IMG/VR virus record: IMGVR_UViG_3300026488_000025
Span: 15,664-79,663 of that record
Reading direction: 5' to 3' (one strand)
Source of the DNA: a virus
DNA: 64,000 nt
Position numbers and translations under genes: made by a program. This document shows, one piece after another, positions 57,861-64,000 of the stretch; positions within the stretch are counted from its first letter, which is position 1, and the number at the start of each line of letters is the position of its first letter. Under the pieces are notes generated by a model. The model had not been told where the DNA came from, did no database searches, and saw nothing but the letters and a program-made list of their open reading frames with translations.

Positions 57861-58315
57861 CTATCTTTACCTAATTGTATATACCATATACCAATAGTAG
57901 CAAATTTTTCAATATTACGGAGAATAAAAACAAAATCACTCATATCTCGGGGAGCTATGAAAGCAATCTCCATCATCTCCATTATTTGTTTGTCATCATC
58001 TAATAGGTGGCCTATACCTAATTTCTCATAACCATATTTACCAGCATTACAGATAATAATCTTTCCTTGTTTGGCACCAAAATGTTTACAAGAAAATTTT
58101 AGTTGCTCTAATCTGTGTATGATAAAACCTGCAACACCATAGATATATACAGTATTCCCTTCAGAGGCTAGGCCTCCTGCTACATTCAGTAAATTGCTTT
58201 CACCTAAACCACAGTTTATTACTTTAGCTTTACTAGGAAAATTTTGTTCATTCCACATATCTGCGTGTAAAAGGTAATCAGTTTCTTTTAACTGTTTACT
58301 TAATTGTAATCTCAT
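57857..58315 (-). CDS. Transketolase-like protein, pyrimidine-binding subunit
   Basis: NCGLGESN...AGGLASEG, F..R.EQLK, GH...DD. Confidence 0.75.
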   Translation of the reverse strand: MRLQLSKQLKETDYLLHADMWNEQNFPSKAKVINCGLGESNLLNVAGGLASEGNTVYIYGVAGFIIHRLEQLKFSCKHFGAKQGKIIICNAGKYGYEKLGIGHLLDDDKQIMEMMEIAFIAPRDMSDFVFILRNIEKFATIGIWYIQLGKDR

Positions 58316-58973
58316 TGATATCCTTTAATTCTTTGTAGTGCCATTTGACTGAATCTTCTTCCATTTCTTTGACGCCTTGACCTTTGGTAGTTTTGAATAA
58401 TAATGCTGTTGGTGTGTATCGTTCTAGTATTTCTTGGATAAGATATTCGCTCATTTCATCATCTATAATCAGCACATCCCAACCATTACTAGATAGAATA
58501 TCAGCTATAGTGTTAATATTTTGGCTCAATATGGAATTTGTATTACCAGTTAATTGCATATCATTACAATCAACACACAATAACACATCTTTCTGGTGGT
58601 GCCCTATGAATTGAACGGCTTCCAATGTAGGTCCCATCTGAAAGGCACCATCACTAAGATTCACAAAAGTTTTCTTGTCATTAAACATCAGTCCACCAGC
58701 TACACCTAAAGCATTACCCAATGTTTCTTCACTAAAATTAACAAAATCTATCTCTTCGTGCTTAACACCATAGGATAAAGGTTGCTGTACTAATCCCATT
58801 TCTTCCCAAATAACATAATATGCTTGAGAACCAAAAGGTTTACCAATGCTGATATTCGTATTCTTGTAGTCTAATTCAGGTAAAATATTTTTGAGGTATG
58901 AATATTGTGATAAGGCACTAGGGATATGTCTTAGATTATTTTGGATGCTGTACTCTAACAATTTCTTAATCAT
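58296..58973 (-). CDS. Transketolase-like protein, N-terminal ThDP-binding subunit
   Basis: HIPSALS, LGNALGVA.G, LSDG..Q.G..EA, D.N..Q, TTKG.GV..ME...WH. Confidence 0.75.
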   Translation of the reverse strand: MIKKLLEYSIQNNLRHIPSALSQYSYLKNILPELDYKNTNISIGKPFGSQAYYVIWEEMGLVQQPLSYGVKHEEIDFVNFSEETLGNALGVAGGLMFNDKKTFVNLSDGAFQMGPTLEAVQFIGHHQKDVLLCVDCNDMQLTGNTNSILSQNINTIADILSSNGWDVLIIDDEMSEYLIQEILERYTPTALLFKTTKGQGVKEMEEDSVKWHYKELKDINEITIK

Positions 58974-59053
58974 CTATTTCCTTTACGAGTATTATATCAT
59001 AAAAGTACTTAATAGGTGCTGTTGTACATTATGTCCTATTCCAATATACTTTG

Positions 59054-59126
59054 TCTAACTGGCAGGTAACGCTCCTGCTATCCCTTAGGCCCAAGCTAAG
59101 TGGGATGACTTTTTCCCTACAGCTAG
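59054..59126 (-). tRNA. tRNA-Pro(UGG), atypical T-loop, no CCA
   Basis: Loop CTTGGGC; T-arm GCAGG-AGCGTTA-CCTGC. Confidence 0.65.
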
Positions 59127-59147
59127 ACAAAATATACTATTTCTAAA

Positions 59148-59224
59148 TGGTGCTGATAGTAGGGTTCGAACCTACAGTCTCTTGATTACAAAACAAGGGC
59201 CTTATCCAGTTTAGCTATATCAGC
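59148..59224 (-). tRNA. tRNA-Thr(UGU)
   Basis: Loop TTTGTAA; CCA. Confidence 0.85.
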
Positions 59225-59234
59225 ATTTATATTT

Positions 59235-59308
59235 TGGTGGAGATAGAGGGAATCGAACCCTCGTTACTACATTGCAAGTGTAGTGTAATCCCGTTATACT
59301 ATATCCCC
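59235..59308 (-). tRNA. tRNA-Ala(UGC)
   Basis: Loop CTTGCAA; G3-U70; CCA. Confidence 0.88.
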
Positions 59309-59310
59309 AA

Positions 59311-59386
59311 TGGCGCCCACGGTTGGTTACGCTCCAACTCCTCTAGTTTTTCAGACTAGCGATTCTACTAAGTTATCTTCGTAGGC
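59311..59386 (-). tRNA. tRNA-Phe(GAA), atypical T-loop
   Basis: Loop CTGAAAA; T-loop AGCGTAA; CCA. Confidence 0.78.
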
Positions 59387-59396
59387 ATTTATATTT

Positions 59397-59470
59397 TGGT
59401 ACTCATACTAGGATTCGAACCTAGATTATCCGATTATCGGTCGAATGTTCTACCATTGAACTATACGAGC
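59397..59470 (-). tRNA. tRNA-Ile(GAU)
   Basis: Loop CCGATAA (C33); CCA. Confidence 0.8.
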
Positions 59471-59474
59471 ATAT

Positions 59475-59548
59475 TGGTTCGGATATGGAGAATCGAACTC
59501 CAACTGCTACTTCCCAAAAGTAGTGTGATACCATTTCACTATATCCAA
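59475..59548 (-). tRNA. tRNA-Pro(UGG)
   Basis: Loop TTTGGGA; CCA. Confidence 0.85.
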
Positions 59549-59551
59549 TTA

Positions 59552-59625
59552 TGGTGGAGACACGGAGAGTCGAACTCCGAACTCAACATTGCAAGTGTTG
59601 TGTAATCCCATTTTACTATGTCCCC
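59552..59625 (-). tRNA. tRNA-Ala(UGC)
   Basis: Loop CTTGCAA; CCA. Confidence 0.88.
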
Positions 59626-59629
59626 AATT

Positions 59630-59704
59630 TGGTTGTTCTTAGAAGATTTGAACTTCTGACCTATCCCTTATCAAGGGAGTGCTCTACCACTGAGCTAAAG
59701 AACA
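59630..59704 (-). tRNA. tRNA-Ile(GAU)
   Basis: Loop TTGATAA; CCA. Confidence 0.85.
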
Positions 59705-59709
59705 TTATT

Positions 59710-59784
59710 TGGTACTCGATAGGGGAGTTGAACCCCTCTCTCTGACTTGAAAAGACAGCGACCTTACCGATAGTCGAATCGAGC
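59710..59784 (-). tRNA. tRNA-Glu(UUC)
   Basis: Loop TTTTCAA; CCA. Confidence 0.82.
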
Positions 59785-59886
59785 ATATATTTTAACAATT
59801 TGAAGATAATTTTATGAAAGATAGAAATCTGAAGTTTCAAGTCTTTCAAGAAATTACTTCTCAAAAGACCTGTTTGAAGAGGTTCT

Positions 59887-59997
59887 TTAAGAAATAGTTT
59901 CCGTTTCGGGAATAAAGGCAATTTCTGCCGGTGTAAAGGCAATAATAGATTCAATAGTAATAGTTGTTTCAATAGTTTCGATTGTAATTGTTCTCAT
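59887..59997 (-). CDS. Ile/Thr-rich leader-like peptide 1 (36 aa)
   Basis: AAGGA SD; MRTITIETIETTITIESIIAFTPAEIAFIPETETIS. Confidence 0.55.
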   Translation of the reverse strand: MRTITIETIETTITIESIIAFTPAEIAFIPETETIS

Positions 59998-60058
59998 ATT
60001 ATTTCCTTTTTTGTTTTTTAATTTTATTTAATTATTTTATAGTCTTATATGACATTTA

Positions 60059-60133
60059 TGGTGGACCCACTAGGTATCGAACCTAGTTCTCTGTGTTAAA
60101 AGCACAGTACTTCACCATTAAAGTTTTAGGTCC
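60059..60133 (-). tRNA. tRNA-Lys(UUU)
   Basis: Loop CTTTTAA; CCA. Confidence 0.85.
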
Positions 60134-60137
60134 TTAA

Positions 60138-60213
60138 TGGTGTATCTGGAAGGAATCGAACCTTCGACCGGTAGGTTAAAAGCCCACTACTCTGACCGCT
60201 GAGTTACAGATAC
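60138..60213 (-). tRNA. tRNA-Lys(UUU)
   Basis: Loop CTTTTAA; CCA. Confidence 0.88.
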
Positions 60214-60342
60214 ATCTAAAAATAAGTTATTCGTTTATTTAAAGATGCATTCTAGGTTTATAACTATCTACCTAAACAACATCTATGATTTTTGCTATCT
60301 TCATAGTGTTTCCTTTTATTTTATTTGAGTTAGAATACTCTG

Positions 60343-60414
60343 CTCCGGGAGTCAGAATCGAACTGACCTTTGTATGATTAACAGTCACGCGCATCGCCTT
60401 GATGCTGTCCCGGA
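60343..60414 (-). tRNA. tRNA-Asn(GUU), no encoded CCA
   Basis: Loop CTGTTAA; TCCGGGA acceptor. Confidence 0.75.
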
Positions 60415-60435
60415 GCACAATATTCTAAAATTATA

Positions 60436-60509
60436 TGGATGAGATACCAGGGCTCGAACCTGGGATAATCGAGTCAAAGTCGATTGTAATGCCACTTTAC
60501 TATATCTCA
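60436..60509 (-). tRNA. tRNA-Gln(UUG)
   Basis: Loop CTTTGAC; CCA. Confidence 0.85.
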
Positions 60510-60518
60510 ACATTTTTA

Positions 60519-60602
60519 TGGTGTAGACTGGTGGACTCGAACCACTCCCCTAAAGACAAGATTTACAGTCTTGCTGCCGTATCCGAACGACTTTCAATCT
60601 AC
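60519..60602 (-). tRNA. tRNA-Tyr(GUA)
   Basis: Loop CTGTAAA; variable arm; CCA. Confidence 0.82.
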
Positions 60603-60606
60603 ATTT

Positions 60607-60681
60607 TTACCAAATTGTCATTATCATTGGTAATACTTTTATTGCTAAACCTAACACTATTAATTCTACAATCAATCTCAT
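60607..60681 (-). CDS. Small hydrophobic peptide (24 aa) between tRNAs
   Basis: AAGGA SD; MRLIVELIVLGLAIKVLPMIMTIW. Confidence 0.4.
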   Translation of the reverse strand: MRLIVELIVLGLAIKVLPMIMTIW

Positions 60682-60696
60682 TAAATTCCTTTATTC

Positions 60697-60772
60697 TGGC
60701 GGTCTATATCGGTTCTGACCCGATTACCTTTCCCGTGACAAGGGAATGCTCTTCCAATTGAGCTAATAGACC
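60697..60772 (-). tRNA. tRNA-Asp(GUC)
   Basis: Loop TTGTCAC; T-loop GTCAGAA; CCA. Confidence 0.82.
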
Positions 60773-60775
60773 TTT

Positions 60776-60850
60776 TGGTGATTCCTAGGGGAATTGAACC
60801 CCTCTCTGCGAATTGAAAGTACGCTGACCTTACCGATAGTCGAAGGAACC
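60776..60850 (-). tRNA. tRNA-Glu(UUC)
   Basis: Loop CTTTCAA; CCA. Confidence 0.85.
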
Positions 60851-60991
60851 ACTATTGTATTTGCTTTTACTATGCAAGAGATACAGTCCGGCATAAACTC
60901 TGTGAAGAGAAAGTTGAAAAGATAAATTTGATTTTTTTGAAGAAGTTTCGATGAAAGTTCCTTCAAAAAGGAACCTCATCTAAGAAGGTCC

Positions 60992-61120
60992 CTATTGGGT
61001 AATTTGTTCCTGCGCCGGATTATAATTAAAATCATAATCGATTTCAGCATTAAAGGCTGGAGTAATAGTTTGTTTATAATCAGTTGTAAAAGTAATTTCT
61101 TTTGTAATGATAGTTTTCAT
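60992..61120 (-). CDS. Ile/Thr-rich leader-like peptide 2 (42 aa)
   Basis: AAGGAG SD; MKTIITKEITFTTDYKQTITPAFNAEIDYDFNYNPAQEQITQ. Confidence 0.55.
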   Translation of the reverse strand: MKTIITKEITFTTDYKQTITPAFNAEIDYDFNYNPAQEQITQ

Positions 61121-61162
61121 ACTATTCTCCTTGTTTATATTTGTTGTATTTATAAGACTCAA

Positions 61163-61321
61163 AAAGTCTATATACTCTCTTATTGTTTGTAGATGTATTA
61201 TAACATAGTGTTACTTAATTTCTACTTAACTTAGAAAAGAATTTAAACCTTTTAAAGTCTATATACTCTCTTTCGTTTTGTAGATGTATTATAACATAGT
61301 GTTACTTAATTTCTACTTAAC
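61163..61321 (-). repeat. Tandem duplicated early promoter unit upstream of the tRNA cluster
   Basis: TGTAGATGTATTATAACATAGTGTTACTTAATTTCTACTTAAC occurs twice, each preceded by AAAGTCTATATACTCTC; a third promoter near 61390-61416. Confidence 0.75.
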
Positions 61322-61452
61322 CTTGTGATTTCTTTTCAGAAAAACATTTAAAGACTCCGATGAGTTCTTAAATAGTCTTCCTCTTTATACGGTGTATTAT
61401 AACATACAGTTACTTAAAATAAGATTGAAAATATATCGAATTTATCTGTCTA

Positions 61453-62343
61453 TCAACTCAAACCATTATTTATTATATTAATAGCTTGAGTATTCTTTGG
61501 GTATTTACCCCAATTTATGAACTCATCCAGTTCCTGTTTGACTATTGCATTCTCTTCTACACTTAGATAAATATTGACTTCTTGTTTTTCTTCATCATCA
61601 GAACCAAAAATCCGAAACAAGACTTTAAATCTATTGGGTATGCTCATTTTTAGTAATACAGAAAAATAGTCATAATGGTATATAGGGAAATTACTATCTA
61701 TACCATCCCCTAAATATGCATTTGCGAAATTATGCTCAAATGCATCAAGAATCGATACTCTTTTGGTTAGTACTTCTATAGCAAGTTCTTCGCAGAAATG
61801 TTGAAGACTTCTACCTACTATTTTATTTGTACTACTAATACCTTTTTTAGCTATATTTATGCTTTCTTCCAACCATAATCTAGCAAAATCTTGATTCTTT
61901 GTGTAAATAAAAAAAGTGTCATAATGTTCTTTGTAGCTTGTTTCTAAAATACTCTCAAACCAGTACCCCATCATTTTCGACTGCTCATTAAGTAAGCCTG
62001 CTTTAAAAACATAAGTTTCGCCATTTTTTATCTGTGGTAAAGCGCTTGATACATAAACATCGGGGTCTAAAAATACATACCCATCTAAATCTGGATATTC
62101 ATTAACTACAAAATTAAATACTTCAGGCATTAACAAGAAAAAACACTCTTTTTTATAGTAAAATTTGTCATTCGTAAGCTCTATATTAAGTAGAGTTACA
62201 TTATCGTATTTTTCAATAAACTTAGACAGCTCTTTAGGTATTATAGAATTATTGTGATTGACCAAAAACATTTTATAATCGATATTAAAATTTTTATGGA
62301 TTGACTCAACTAATATAACTAACTGTGGTACTAGTCCAGGCAT
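61453..62343 (-). CDS. Putative GT-A glycosyltransferase
   Basis: LVESI, YVFLDPDVYV (DxD), late HY motif. Confidence 0.55.
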   Translation of the reverse strand: MPGLVPQLVILVESIHKNFNIDYKMFLVNHNNSIIPKELSKFIEKYDNVTLLNIELTNDKFYYKKECFFLLMPEVFNFVVNEYPDLDGYVFLDPDVYVSSALPQIKNGETYVFKAGLLNEQSKMMGYWFESILETSYKEHYDTFFIYTKNQDFARLWLEESINIAKKGISSTNKIVGRSLQHFCEELAIEVLTKRVSILDAFEHNFANAYLGDGIDSNFPIYHYDYFSVLLKMSIPNRFKVLFRIFGSDDEEKQEVNIYLSVEENAIVKQELDEFINWGKYPKNTQAINIINNGLS

Positions 62344-62527
62344 ATTCTCAAATGGGGTTATTATAGTGATATTATACTCCTTTAGAATATAACTTACCTT
62401 AAAGCAACCTTAAAGATTGTACTTTTGTCGTAAGATGTCACAAAGAGAATGAAATCAGATTCGAAAACCTTTGTCTTCCCCTTTATATGTAGTATTATAA
62501 CATACAAGGACTTAAAAACACCTTAGT

Positions 62528-63142
62528 TTACAATAAATCGGCGTATTTACCTAATTTCAGTCTAGTGCTTCTATAATCTGCGAAAAGTTTCTTGATAGCC
62601 TTATTCGAAGCTATATCCTCAGCCTTTTTACCTTTATGATTTTCTATTTCTAAATCGGGGTTATGCTTAAGGTATCTCTCAATGAATCCATCACGACCTA
62701 ATTCTGATGCCATCATCAAAGCCGTATATCCCTTATCATTTATGTGGTTAATATCTGCTCCAGCTTTGATTAAGGTTTCTATCACTGCTCTTGACCCTCT
62801 CATTCCTGCTCTCATTAATGGTGTTGTCCCTTGGTTGTTCTCTACATCTGGATTTATGCCACCTTTCAGTAACATTTTTACTAGAGTAAGATTATTTGTA
62901 CTAGCACTTTCGTGTAATAGAGTGTCACCATCTTCATCAGCGTAGTCACCTTTTACCTTGATGTTGCTCATCAGTAATTTTAATATTTTATCACCACAAC
63001 CCATATTAATGGCTGTGAAAATAACCTCATCTCCACCAGCATCTTTGTCATCAGCTCTAAGGCCTGTAGCAAGAATCTTTTTTGTTAGGCTTATATCCTC
63101 TGATACAACAGCATCAACTAGTTTTTCTACATCGTATTCCAT
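62528..63142 (-). CDS. Ankyrin-repeat protein ending KLGKYADLL
   Basis: GDTLLH, GTTPLM, GYTALM repeats. Confidence 0.9.
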   Translation of the reverse strand: MEYDVEKLVDAVVSEDISLTKKILATGLRADDKDAGGDEVIFTAINMGCGDKILKLLMSNIKVKGDYADEDGDTLLHESASTNNLTLVKMLLKGGINPDVENNQGTTPLMRAGMRGSRAVIETLIKAGADINHINDKGYTALMMASELGRDGFIERYLKHNPDLEIENHKGKKAEDIASNKAIKKLFADYRSTRLKLGKYADLL

Positions 63143-63624
63143 TAGTCATCTCCTAGTAAAGCAGCATATTTTCCGATTTTTTTGTTCTTCTCGTGTTCTA
63201 TAATTAAAGGGCTGTATTGTGAGTATTTTGCTTTGACCATATCCCTTACTGAACCATCACGATATGCCGATAAATCAAGATTCGGGTTGTACCTTAATAA
63301 CAGCTTAAATATTGTGCTAGATACCTTATTGAATAGTGCCATATGCACAGGCGTTACACCTTGTGCAGTCTGAAAATCTATATCTGCTCCAGCTTCTAAT
63401 AAGGTTAGAATCGTTAGATAATCTCCTGAGTAAATTCCCCAAGCGAGAATCGATTGCCCCATTTCATCAACGATACTAGTATCAGCACCTTTACTCAATA
63501 AATGTTTAACAGCCCTAGCATCTCCATCACGAGAAACCTTTTTGAGGGCAGTATCACCATCATTATTTACAAAATTTACATCGCCAGCTTGTTCTATATA
63601 TGCATCTAAATCATCGTTACTCAT
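63142..63624 (-). CDS. Ankyrin-repeat protein ending KIGKYAALLGDD
   Basis: GDTAL, LL.AGAD, GVTPVH. Confidence 0.88.
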   Translation of the reverse strand: MSNDDLDAYIEQAGDVNFVNNDGDTALKKVSRDGDARAVKHLLSKGADTSIVDEMGQSILAWGIYSGDYLTILTLLEAGADIDFQTAQGVTPVHMALFNKVSSTIFKLLLRYNPNLDLSAYRDGSVRDMVKAKYSQYSPLIIEHEKNKKIGKYAALLGDD

Positions 63625-64000
63625 TATATATCTCCTAGTAAATCGGCATACTTGCCTAGTTTTTTATAGTTTTTGTTTGTTAAATCATCTAATTCTTTAA
63701 GAGCTCTTTTCTTTTTGAATGATACAGCATACTCTCTCGGTGTAGTGTCGTACTCATTTCTGATAGTAACATCTGCTCCAGCTCTTAGAAGCATTTTGAC
63801 GGCAGGACCACGATTCTGAGCAACAGCATTAAATAAAGCTGTTCTCTTTTCGTAACCTCGTATATCTATATCTGCACCAGCTTTAAGAAGCATCTTGATG
63901 ACCGTAGTATTACCATTATGTGAAGCAAATATCAAAGCGTTATCGTTTTCATCATCAAGCTCATTCACATCTATACCAATCTCGATAAGATATTTTATTA
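63624..64000 (-). CDS. Ankyrin-repeat protein ending KLGKYADLLGDI (start probably beyond the window)
   Basis: NALIFAS..G, LLKAGAD, RTALF, LLRAGAD. Confidence 0.85.
   Translation of the reverse strand, partial: IKYLIEIGIDVNELDDENDNALIFASHNGNTTVIKMLLKAGADIDIRGYEKRTALFNAVAQNRGPAVKMLLRAGADVTIRNEYDTTPREYAVSFKKKRALKELDDLTNKNYKKLGKYADLLGDI

Noticed and set aside
59396-61192. ORF-track entries across the tRNA cluster
   Set aside because: They overlap clear tRNA genes or are alternative frames of the leader peptides
1-64000. Alternative genetic code or suppressor tRNAs
   Set aside because: Core genes are full length in code 11, and no CUA/UCA/UUA anticodon was found among the canonical tRNAs

Overview
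This is an AT-rich 64 kb segment of a large T4-like myophage. The host is probably in Campylobacterota, inferred from a Helicobacter/Campylobacter-type CheY and TGnTATAAT early promoters. Core genes are the head module (gp23 5' part, gp22, gp21, gp20, gp2, gp4, two further gp23/gp24-like proteins), replication genes (primase, RNase H, gp32, Dda) and dCMP deaminase. Accessory genes include six free-standing endonucleases, ClpX, a Cas4-like nuclease, signalling and chemotaxis genes (CheY, NIT-MCP-CZB, EAL-HDOD, PAS-HD-GYP), ankyrins, a sugar-modification cluster and 20 tRNA genes. The strongest novel signals are: (1) a Ro60/TROVE gene co-transcribed with a family of covarying Y-RNA-like ncRNAs whose terminal motif does not resemble the Y-RNA motifs I know, alongside Thg1-like and cyclic-phosphate REC RNA-repair genes; (2) a leader with conserved structure but variable sequence in front of three endonuclease genes of two classes; (3) two C-terminal peptide tags (PHLFL-like, KLGKYADLL) shared by unrelated proteins; (4) a Thg1-like gene split in two by a GIY-YIG endonuclease; (5) a 1.7 kb ORF-free island of stem-bracketed ncRNA modules; (6) Ile/Thr-rich leader peptides upstream of tRNA-Glu genes. 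All calls were made by eye, without database searches.
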